A DNA stretch of 29,495 nucleotides from a virus (IMGVR_UViG_3300009095_000055:1-29495), one strand, 5' to 3'; numbered from the stretch's first letter, positions 18,902 through 26,645 are shown. Notes: generated by a model from the letters alone, not told the origin. Made by a program: numbers and translations.

Positions 18902-19736
18902 TAGTTTTCCTCACAAGGGTTATTGCAGATCGACATTCGTGAACAGGAGGGTATGCAGGAGGATGTCTAATACCATCTCTAAAAGTTCCACCAATAGGTG
19001 CTCTATTCAAATGGAGTGAAGTACAAATATCTGTTGTTACATCATCAATAATAGATACCCATTGCTTCTCATATTCATTTGGATCAATTTGATTTGTATC
19101 CACAAGATATCCAAAAGATTCATCTTTAGAAGATTCAACTGTCGATGTAGATAATTGATTAGAGACAAGATTAAGTCTCCAGTTGATCAATCGATCAATT
19201 CTTCTTTGAAGTTGTTTATCTCTAGATCTTTTGTTTACACCTTCTGCAATTAAGGCAGACTCCATATTCAGAACCGTCTGTAAATGACTTGGTACAAGAC
19301 CATAATACATCTTGAGTCTTCTAGCCAATTCTGCATTTGACCATGACCTTTCTATTGCAATCTCATTTAACCTCATCCACATTTGTTCATTCGTTTCTAG
19401 GATATAAGATAAGTTCACATTGAATGTCTCTCTTAATGCGATTGAGAATCGTTCTTGAGAATAATCAATAAAAATATCATCAATACCCAAGTCAGAAGAG
19501 ATCCTTGATATTGCTATCTCAATGGCTTCGTTTGAAGATGTAACCATTGTTGGATATATGGAAGAAAATCTAGAACGGAACCTATCTTGTACAGTAGCAA
19601 AATACGAATAAGTGAATGTTTCAGGATCAATCTGAGAAACTGCAAAGATAAGAGAATCAGCTAAAATTGCAATAAGAGCATCTTCTAACTGATCCTCTAA
19701 CTTATCTTCTTCTGGAAAAGGATTACTTTCAGCCAT
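18894..19736 (-). CDS. Head morphogenesis / minor head protein (SPP1 gp7 / MuF-like)
   Basis: KQW....D..T..IC..LH and PP...HECRS motifs; after portal. Confidence 0.82.
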   Translation of the reverse strand: MAESNPFPEEDKLEDQLEDALIAILADSLIFAVSQIDPETFTYSYFATVQDRFRSRFSSIYPTMVTSSNEAIEIAISRISSDLGIDDIFIDYSQERFSIALRETFNVNLSYILETNEQMWMRLNEIAIERSWSNAELARRLKMYYGLVPSHLQTVLNMESALIAEGVNKRSRDKQLQRRIDRLINWRLNLVSNQLSTSTVESSKDESFGYLVDTNQIDPNEYEKQWVSIIDDVTTDICTSLHLNRAPIGGTFRDGIRHPPAYPPVHECRSAITLVRKTNG

Positions 19737-19747
19737 GTGTAACCCTC

Positions 19748-21151
19748 CTATTCAGTTGGAATCCCTAAATCATTGCTTGTATCACCCAATGTGTTATTGA
19801 TTTCAGATTGTCTTCTTGCTCTTTCCATTGCTCCCATGTCACCGTCAGATGTAACAGGATCAACACCAAGATAATCACGCAAAGCATTTTCAATATCATC
19901 AGTAGGTGTAAGGAAACCATTCTTACCAGCTTTATCAATAAGATCAGCAAGAGGACCAATATCAACTTTTTCAACACCAGTATGTTCAATAGTTGGTGTT
20001 TTAGTTGGGTCCATTCCATTCATTTCCCAAAGCATGGGGATGGCTCTTGTATTAAATTGATCAGCAATAACATCAAGATAACTTTCAATAGCATGTGTAA
20101 ACATGTTTGCTTTAGTTGAAGCAAGAGAGTAAGAACCTACTGACTGACCACCAACAAGAAGAACATCAGCCAACATTGACTGAAGAATACGCCTGTCCCA
20201 TCTTTCAATAAGTGGAGAGATAGCGCCAACATTAGTTCCATCAGATTTCAATAGATCAAGTGAGTAAATATGTTCACCTGTTCCATTTTCTCCACCACCA
20301 TAGATATCAGAAGGGAGGAGGACATAGGCTTGCTCATTCTTCTTGAGCATCTTACCCATGGTTTCATACAGGCGACGTAATGCCTTCTCTCCCTCATCAG
20401 CTTCAGCAGAAAGGATTTGACTTGGTACACGAATAATAGGAATACCAGCCAGATTTCTTTCAACACCAATGCTTTCGAGCATCTCTAGGTTCTTACGGAA
20501 GTACCACGCTCTATATGCACCACGAAGAACTGACTGACCATAAGGATTATCTTTATAAGAAGAAGTTCTGAAAAGAAGGAATCGGTCATAAGGAATTGTT
20601 ACATTGATATCATTCCAATGATCAACCTGTTTTACCGATTCGATATCACCACGTTTGTTTGTATTGAACTTTTCGATGCTATCTTGTGAACGAATTGGGA
20701 ACTTTGCCCAACCGATCTTACCATCATTATGTTTAGATCGTTGTCTTGTTCCGGGAGGATTTGTACCAAGTCTTTTCTTATAAACAATTTCGTGAACACT
20801 AAATCCATAAGTTAAAAACGAAAGAATGTCAGTAAGTATTTCATGAAAGGATTTATCAAGATCACCGAGACATTCTTTCAAAAATTGAACTTGCTCGTTA
20901 GAATCAGTTGGAGCATCTGGACCCTTATAAGCCTGCACTTTCCATTCTGCACTTCTAATAAACTGTTTGATGGCAAACAATGCACCACTAATGATTGCAT
21001 CAGTTTCCATCTGTCGATAGATTTTTACAGCATTAGGCCAACGTAGATCACAAATAATTTCTTCGTCAATATAACCATTTGTATTTTTAAGTCCTGTACC
21101 ACCTAATTCACTCAAGGGTACTTTTTGTTTTTCAATTTGTTCGTTCGACAT
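19748..21151 (-). CDS. Portal protein
   Basis: YGFSVHEIVY, NPYGQSVLRGAY..W and GS.SLA motifs; follows large terminase. Confidence 0.92.
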   Translation of the reverse strand: MSNEQIEKQKVPLSELGGTGLKNTNGYIDEEIICDLRWPNAVKIYRQMETDAIISGALFAIKQFIRSAEWKVQAYKGPDAPTDSNEQVQFLKECLGDLDKSFHEILTDILSFLTYGFSVHEIVYKKRLGTNPPGTRQRSKHNDGKIGWAKFPIRSQDSIEKFNTNKRGDIESVKQVDHWNDINVTIPYDRFLLFRTSSYKDNPYGQSVLRGAYRAWYFRKNLEMLESIGVERNLAGIPIIRVPSQILSAEADEGEKALRRLYETMGKMLKKNEQAYVLLPSDIYGGGENGTGEHIYSLDLLKSDGTNVGAISPLIERWDRRILQSMLADVLLVGGQSVGSYSLASTKANMFTHAIESYLDVIADQFNTRAIPMLWEMNGMDPTKTPTIEHTGVEKVDIGPLADLIDKAGKNGFLTPTDDIENALRDYLGVDPVTSDGDMGAMERARRQSEINNTLGDTSNDLGIPTE

Positions 21152-21206
21152 AAACTACCCCAAGAAATTTGTTGACAAGACTTATAAGTTTGTTTCGTAT
21201 AATTAC

Positions 21207-21235
21207 ATTATAATATAATATTATAAGCCCTGCAA
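21207..21235 (-). promoter_or_regulatory. Sigma70-like promoter upstream of portal
   Basis: TTGCAG-N17-TATAAT, followed by GTAATTAT as in the promoter at 24925-24953. Confidence 0.55.
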
Positions 21236-21264
21236 CCATAATTATTTAACAATGTCAAGGTTTA

Positions 21265-22671
21265 TTACATGTTCCACATATTTTCCCCCAACATATCGTC
21301 AATTGTCATTGATAGGTTTGTGGGAGCGACCATCCCTTTGGACAGATTATTGAAACAATCTGATGTTGCATCAACCATATCGTCATGACCTTTACCGTCA
21401 CCAACAAAATTTTCTAATTCTCTACAATAATCTTCATTCCACGGTCCTTCAACAATTTTAATAAGTCCTGCTTCGGCTGCTGCTGAGAAAGGTTCAAATC
21501 TCTCTAACTTAGATTTGGATGTTTTACATTTTTTAAATTTAAAACCGACCAAATTTTTAGCATGATCTTCAAATACAGCCTTCCCTGCTCCACCCGGATC
21601 AAGGGGTAATCCAACTGTACAACGTGAACCATCGATCTCCGCATACTTCCTCATCATTGTTTTAACGCCTTGAGGACGTTTTCTATCCCTAACACAATGC
21701 ATGATATAATAATATCCATCTGTCCCTAGACGTATTTTAACACCTGCTGTATAATCAGGATCAGGATTGACTTCAGAAGGTTCTGTGGATGCAGTATCCC
21801 ATGCCCTCATTTCAGCTTTTGCTGGCGGCACGTCTTTGATATTCACAAATTCACACCAATCTTTCTGAAAATAAGTCCCCGAATTAGCTTTTACATTCCA
21901 GTTGCCCAAGTAGAGTGCCTCTCTTTCGACTCGGGTTAGTGCTTTAAGGTTTGCCTCATATGCCGGATCAATCTTTTTATTATCTTTCACTGTAGCATTA
22001 ATAAATGTGAAACTCTTAGGCATTGAGTCTTTACCCCAAATTTTCTCAGCCTCTTCTTTTGAATCATACCAATGAGTATCTTCACCTCGACGGATAAACC
22101 ATCGAATTACACCACAGCGTTCTTCAATTGGATAACCATTATCATCAATCCACCAATCGACAAGCTTTCGAACCCATCCTTCTGAAACAGGGTTGCATGT
22201 TGCTCGAATATAAGGTTTCACTCCTGTTGAAGATCGGTTACGTGAAAGTAGATACCAAAACATTTTTTCAGTAAAACCAGTCAACTCATCAAATATAATC
22301 AATGGGACCTGAGAACCTTTAAAGTTCTCCAAATCTTTTTCAAGCTCAATACCAGCAAACTGTAGCTTCCCTGTATTAACTTTATTTTTATTAAATTTCC
22401 ACAACATATATGCTTCAGAGTATTCCATATCAGGAAACATTGAAAACATATTCCTACTCTCGTCAACTGGACCACCCGGAAGTTTTATTTCTGATTTTGT
22501 CCGTCGAAGAAAGAGTGTGTAAAAACTTGGAACATCTCTATGTCTTAAACACTCTAGCAGTAATGCAAATGTCTTTCCTGACCCGGCACCCCCTCCATAG
22601 AGACATATATCAGCCGTTGTCTCAAGGAACATTGTTTGTTTTCCGGGTTGTGGACCTAATGTTTCATACAT
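21265..22671 (-). CDS. terL: Terminase large subunit
   Basis: Walker A YGGGAGSGKT, Walker B LIIFDEL, ATCNP, and nuclease motifs AWD and HDDMVDA. Confidence 0.97.
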   Translation of the reverse strand: MYETLGPQPGKQTMFLETTADICLYGGGAGSGKTFALLLECLRHRDVPSFYTLFLRRTKSEIKLPGGPVDESRNMFSMFPDMEYSEAYMLWKFNKNKVNTGKLQFAGIELEKDLENFKGSQVPLIIFDELTGFTEKMFWYLLSRNRSSTGVKPYIRATCNPVSEGWVRKLVDWWIDDNGYPIEERCGVIRWFIRRGEDTHWYDSKEEAEKIWGKDSMPKSFTFINATVKDNKKIDPAYEANLKALTRVEREALYLGNWNVKANSGTYFQKDWCEFVNIKDVPPAKAEMRAWDTASTEPSEVNPDPDYTAGVKIRLGTDGYYYIMHCVRDRKRPQGVKTMMRKYAEIDGSRCTVGLPLDPGGAGKAVFEDHAKNLVGFKFKKCKTSKSKLERFEPFSAAAEAGLIKIVEGPWNEDYCRELENFVGDGKGHDDMVDATSDCFNNLSKGMVAPTNLSMTIDDMLGENMWNM

Positions 22672-22750
22672 TCGTTATCTCCGGTTTTATTCCTATGTTT
22701 CTTATCATCCTTTCTGCTGATTATATGGATACATTGACCTCTCAACATAA

Positions 22751-23638
22751 TCACTCCTCTCTGTTGTTACTTGGTAAAAATACACCTTGTTTTTCATCAT
22801 ATTCACCAGCTTCACTGTCTATTTGCTGGATTTCATCAGGTTCGTGATATGTATTTTTGAAGTAAGTATCTAGAGATTCTTGTGTATCATGCTTCAAAAC
22901 ATGTTGATCGAGTTCCCGTGAATTACTTGGAAGTGTTACATGGATAGTTGGACCTTGATGTTCCTTACTTTTATCAGTCAGAGAAGGATCATAGGGTTTT
23001 GGTTTTGACCACACATAAGAAGCAAGCAATTCTAACGCCTTAATACGTTGTGAATTTTTTATTGGCTCTTTTGTATTAAGCTTGGTTTCGTCACCTTGAG
23101 CCCACGCAATTAATTGTTCAGCGGGGTTAAAGTTTAATCTCTTACTTGCTTTCTCCATCGTCTCAAGGCGGCGCTTTCTTTCTTCCCTAGCTTTGGCAGA
23201 ATTCTTCTTTGCATAATCCTTATCATTCATTGAAGGATTACCTTGTCTCTGTCCTGTGATATTAGAGATGCACACAACAGATTTAAACTTTCTTGACCAG
23301 AAAGCCTTATACTCTCTTGGGATTTTACCAGTACCAGGATTTTTAGGACCACAAGGCTTCTTCTCGACACAGAGCCAAGCTTTTTCATTTGGATGTTGGA
23401 AAAGGTTTTTTCTTTCATACGCTTTTCCTTTTTGCATCCTCCATTTTTCAGCAATCTGTTTAATGGTATCTTCTGTTGTATGAACAATATCTAAACTTAG
23501 GCCATCGACAATGTTCGGATCATCAACATCTGTTGTCCAGTAATGACCTGTTTCCGAAGAAAGAGCAAAATATTTATCTAAATTGTCAGAGGGGTCATTC
23601 CATACGATCCAATATTGATCTTGTAATTCATTTGACAT
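22751..23638 (-). CDS. Probable terminase small subunit with N-terminal extension
   Basis: Directly upstream of terL; central helical region NPAEQLIAWA...RIKALELLASY..SKPK resembles small terminase oligomerisation helices. Confidence 0.6.
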   Translation of the reverse strand: MSNELQDQYWIVWNDPSDNLDKYFALSSETGHYWTTDVDDPNIVDGLSLDIVHTTEDTIKQIAEKWRMQKGKAYERKNLFQHPNEKAWLCVEKKPCGPKNPGTGKIPREYKAFWSRKFKSVVCISNITGQRQGNPSMNDKDYAKKNSAKAREERKRRLETMEKASKRLNFNPAEQLIAWAQGDETKLNTKEPIKNSQRIKALELLASYVWSKPKPYDPSLTDKSKEHQGPTIHVTLPSNSRELDQHVLKHDTQESLDTYFKNTYHEPDEIQQIDSEAGEYDEKQGVFLPSNNREE

Positions 23639-23803
23639 AATTATAACCTGCTAATATAAATGGTGTGCTGGTATGTGTTGGGATTTACACAGTTTATGTA
23701 GGAGATACAATGAACCAGCACAATTCGGAGGGATAAATAATGATAGTTTATTTTTATTACACTGTTAGGAATAAAAGGACTATTTTGGAAGGGAATATAA
23801 ACC

Positions 23804-24313
23804 TTAATATCTTTTGTTAGAAACTACATCAAGGATAGTTGTGTGACTAACGTTATATCTCTTTGATAAAGATCTGGCACCATTTTCTCTACACATGGGT
23901 TTGTATAATGATCTAATGCAATTTACATCATCCTGTGAGAGTTTAGACAAAGGATTGTCACAGCCCTTCCTCGTGTTTATTAGACCATTCTTCAACGCAT
24001 GTTCAGTATTTTCTTTCGAAGTGCACCATTCTAAATTTTTGTAGTAATTATTGGATTTATCACAGTCAACATGATTCACAAAAAGTTTATTCTCAGGGTT
24101 GTCTATGAAAGCTTCTGCAACCCATCTATGAACTTTCTTACAGATATATTTTCCAGATCTTCCACCAATCTTTGAAGAAATAACTTTATAACCTTTTTTA
24201 GTAGTTCCTTGTATAAGGATCTTATTTGTACGTTTTGACCAAACTCTCCCATGATTAGATATCATAAACTCATCAGGATAATCAAAAACATCTTTCCATA
24301 TTTCTTTTTCCAT
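23804..24313 (-). mobile_element. NUMOD4-HNH homing endonuclease
   Basis: EIWKDV..Y...ISNHGRVWS, VHRWVAEAFI.NP, VNHVDCDKSNN...NLEWCT..EN..HA and C-terminal HTH. True start is 24313 (AGGAGA SD); the longer track ORF runs through the tRNA. Confidence 0.93.
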
Positions 24314-24337
24314 ATTTTCTCCTAAAATACTATTTTG

Positions 24338-24410
24338 CCCGCCCACCAGAATTCGAATCTGGACTCTAAGTTTAGAAGACTTATGTGCTATCCAGTTACA
24401 CCATAGGCGG
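24338..24410 (-). tRNA. tRNA-Arg (anticodon UCU)
   Basis: Acceptor CCGCCTA/TGGGCGG; D arm GTGT-AACTGGATA-GCAC with A20; anticodon arm TAAGT-CTTCTAA-ACTTA; T arm CCAGA-TTCGAAT-TCTGG; G73; followed by CAA. Confidence 0.93.
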
Positions 24411-24435
24411 CAGAATAATACTTTCCAATAAGGTG

Positions 24436-24477
24436 CCTCACCGAAACCAAGAGGAGGGAGATATGCAATCGGTGAGG
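24436..24477. ncRNA. Hairpin with anti-SD (minus) / GGA-rich (plus) loop
   Basis: Perfect 9-bp stem CCTCACCGA/TCGGTGAGG around a 24-nt loop containing AAGAGGAGGGAGATATG. Confidence 0.5.
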
Positions 24478-24658
24478 ACTTTTGCTTAATCAAATATCAT
24501 TTTGATTTAATGCGCCCTAGCAGGACGACTTTACACGAACACAAGTGATCATGCTTTATTGAAAGAACCCATCGGAAAAGTTTATGGATTCTCACAATAC
24601 AGAATTTACAAACAAACTTCCAAACACAACTAACTGAATCATATAATCATAAAACATA

Positions 24659-24895
24659 CTATTGACTCCTTAGATTTCCCTTGCCATCATACTTAGATGT
24701 TTGACCATAAAACTTGTCATGTTGTTTCTTGATGGTCTTGTAAGCTTTAGCAATATCAAGTTGTGGTTTATTTTGTTGGGAAGCAATAACATTGCACATT
24801 TGGATAAAACCTGAAGCAATATCCAATTTTTCATTCAAGTTACCAAAATATTGAATATTAACCTTGTTTCCGTTTTTATGGGTAATCTCTTTCAT
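24659..24895 (-). CDS. Hypothetical protein
   Basis: AAGGAG SD and its own consensus promoter. Confidence 0.8.
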   Translation of the reverse strand: MKEITHKNGNKVNIQYFGNLNEKLDIASGFIQMCNVIASQQNKPQLDIAKAYKTIKKQHDKFYGQTSKYDGKGNLRSQ

Positions 24896-24924
24896 TCCGT
24901 ATCTCCTTGTTCGACCATAATTAC

Positions 24925-24953
24925 ATTATATATGACTATCTCAACTATGTCAA
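24925..24953 (-). promoter_or_regulatory. Consensus sigma70 promoter
   Basis: TTGACA-N17-TATAAT exact match. Confidence 0.9.
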
Positions 24954-24970
24954 TAGATAGTTATCAATAG

Positions 24971-25198
24971 TTACTCACCATTGTATTCTTTGTCTGCATC
25001 TTCTTCAAAAATTTCTCCACCCATTGGATTCTTCCACATGAGGTATTCCATTTCTACCAAGTCTCCAAGTAAATGATCGGGGTTTGCTGAGTCATTTGAT
25101 TCTGATTGACAATTTCCACAAAGCCCTGTCTTACAGTGCTGATCAGTTGCGAGTTTGTAATTACATGCGACACATCTAAAATAAAAATCTCTACTCAT
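24971..25198 (-). CDS. Small zinc-ribbon protein
   Basis: CVAC...LCGNC; AAGGA SD before ATG 25198. The track start overlaps a promoter. Confidence 0.7.
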   Translation of the reverse strand: MSRDFYFRCVACNYKLATDQHCKTGLCGNCQSESNDSANPDHLLGDLVEMEYLMWKNPMGGEIFEEDADKEYNGE

Positions 25199-25280
25199 TG
25201 ATAATTTCCTTCTAAGTTTTACATTTTTTTTTTGTTCACCTTGGTGTATGGTTTGTGGCGTACCAAGAATTGATTCACTC

Positions 25281-25310
25281 ATCTTATCAAACATCATCAC
25301 GTGTTGTCAA
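25281..25310 (-). promoter_or_regulatory. Sigma70-like promoter (leftward)
   Basis: TTGACA-N18-TAAGAT with TGn extension. Confidence 0.7.
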
Positions 25311-25566
25311 GTGTTTACTTTAACAATTCAACAGTAACGGAATCCTTTCTATTTTGCTCTGTAAGACGTTTTAGGAGCAGACCTGAGTCATTTATCATCC
25401 TAACCTATAAAAACGCTTGCAGACCCCTTACAGGCCGATTTAGGATCATGTACGGAGTGTTCTTTAGGTATCTTTGTATAAGTGCACCATGAGTACACAA
25501 AAACAGGCCCCTACAAAGATCTATCTAGATAGGATTAATAATAATCTAATAATTATATTCTTTATA

Positions 25567-25633
25567 AGATATTAATTCTTACTAGATATTCTATTAAGAT
25601 ATCCAGTCTAGATATCTATACTAGATATTCTTA
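25567..25633. repeat. AGATAT-core short repeat array, 13-bp period
   Basis: AGATAT at 25567, 25584, 25597, 25610 and 25623. Confidence 0.75.
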
Positions 25634-25642
25634 TCTATAACT

Positions 25643-25672
25643 ATTATGAGTACAGAAACACGAAAATGTCAA
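25643..25672 (-). promoter_or_regulatory. Sigma70-like promoter (leftward)
   Basis: TTGACA-N18-CATAAT. Confidence 0.65.
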
Positions 25673-25708
25673 TAGGTTTTTGAAAATATTTTTGTTCACA
25701 GATTTGTG

Positions 25709-25738
25709 TTGACAGATCCATGAGAAATCTGTTAAGAT
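25709..25738 (+). promoter_or_regulatory. Early promoter P1
   Basis: TTGACA-N18-TAAGAT with TGn extension; AT-rich UP-like region upstream. Confidence 0.75.
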
Positions 25739-25824
25739 ATCCAACACAGAAATCTGAACACAAGGTAACAAGAGAATGGGAGAAACACTTATGTGTTCAT
25801 TTTCTCCCTTCCTTCAAGAATGTC

Positions 25825-25854
25825 TTGACACGATATCTTGTCAAATGGTACTAT
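25825..25854 (+). promoter_or_regulatory. Early promoter P2
   Basis: TTGACA-N18-TACTAT with TGn extension. Confidence 0.75.
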
Positions 25855-25895
25855 CAATATCTCTTGAGCTTCGCTCAGAATATCTGATAAAAGAC

Positions 25896-25925
25896 TTGAC
25901 ACAAGATCCTGTCATAATATATACT
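25896..25925 (+). promoter_or_regulatory. Early promoter P3
   Basis: TTGACA-N18-TATACT upstream of the AAGGAG SD of gene 25952. Confidence 0.75.
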
Positions 25926-25951
25926 ATACCAACACACAGAAGGAGAAACAC

Positions 25952-26167
25952 ATGAGTAATCAACAATTCTTACAAGAACTTGATAAGGTAAACCAAAAAT
26001 TCAAAGAAATCTATACTTCACATATGTTGAAAATCTATCATCAATTTCTTCATGATGATTTAACACTTGACACCATTGAAGAATTGTGTATGATTATTGG
26101 TGTTAATATCAAAGAAGATTATGAGAATATCATGATTCAACTTGAAGATGAACAGGAGGAACTGTAA
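25952..26167 (+). CDS. Hypothetical acidic early protein
   Basis: AAGGAG SD; first gene after the promoter cluster. Confidence 0.85.
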   Translation: MSNQQFLQELDKVNQKFKEIYTSHMLKIYHQFLHDDLTLDTIEELCMIIGVNIKEDYENIMIQLEDEQEEL

Positions 26168-26400
26168 TGTCAGAATTGCATAACGGTATGTTGAATCGTA
26201 TGTACGGTAAACAGGAATCTGATGAAGTCTTTACAAAAAGGATTCATCATCTAATGAAACTTAAAGAACAAGGTCATCCTGTTGTTTACTATCGTGATTC
26301 ATTTAATCGTGTTAGGATTCGTCATGGGAATAAATGGTGGTTAATGTCAGAATTATGTAAACACATTCCTAGTCTTCGTGTTGAAGGGGTTGACGAATGA
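26167..26400 (+). CDS. Hypothetical protein
   Basis: AGGAGG SD; TAATG overlap with previous gene. Confidence 0.85.
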   Translation: MSELHNGMLNRMYGKQESDEVFTKRIHHLMKLKEQGHPVVYYRDSFNRVRIRHGNKWWLMSELCKHIPSLRVEGVDE

Positions 26401-26627
26401 TCACTAACGTTTCATGTTCAACAAGTCCACGTGTTTATGTTGTAGGGATAACTAAAGATAATACTCAAGAATTTCTTCATACATTCTTGGATAACAAATC
26501 AGCAGTTAATTATATTAAAACTCATCACAAGACTTTTAAGGATAGATTCTATAAATATATCTATGGTCCTTCTTGTGTTGATAGACAAGACTGGTTATCT
26601 TTATATTTTCTAGGAGAGAAGCCATGA
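26397..26627 (+). CDS. Hypothetical protein
   Basis: ATGA overlap; GGGG SD-like run. Confidence 0.78.
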   Translation: MITNVSCSTSPRVYVVGITKDNTQEFLHTFLDNKSAVNYIKTHHKTFKDRFYKYIYGPSCVDRQDWLSLYFLGEKP

Positions 26628-26645
26628 TCATAGGAGGTTCCACAT

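Noticed and set aside
21265-22671. Intron or intein in large terminase
   Set aside because: ORF is continuous, of normal size, with all motifs present.
319-23487. Numerous plus-strand and alternate-frame ORFs over the structural module (e.g. 2284..2676, 6894..7274, 16536..16961, 17518..18033, 22410..22847)
   Set aside because: Shadow ORFs of recognisable genes; no SD or motifs.
24372-24378. Possible amber suppressor reading (CTA) of the tRNA loop
   Set aside because: The 7-nt loop CTTCTAA places TCT at positions 34-36; A20 and G73 fit Arg; no evidence of TAG recoding in the genes.
24314-24493. N-terminal 60 aa of track ORF 23804..24493
   Set aside because: Overlaps the tRNA and hairpin; the real start with SD is at 24313.
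24510-24600. Possible second degenerate tRNA
   Set aside because: Hairpins are present but no cloverleaf or proper T-loop could be built.
25224-25233. T10 homopolymer as phase-variation site
   Set aside because: Lies in the probable 5' leader upstream of the supported start 25198; no evidence of variation.
25301-25492. 63-aa plus-strand ORF
   Set aside because: No SD; overlaps a promoter and structured DNA.
25567-25633. Repeat array considered as mini-CRISPR
   Set aside because: 13-bp period is far too short and there are no spacers.
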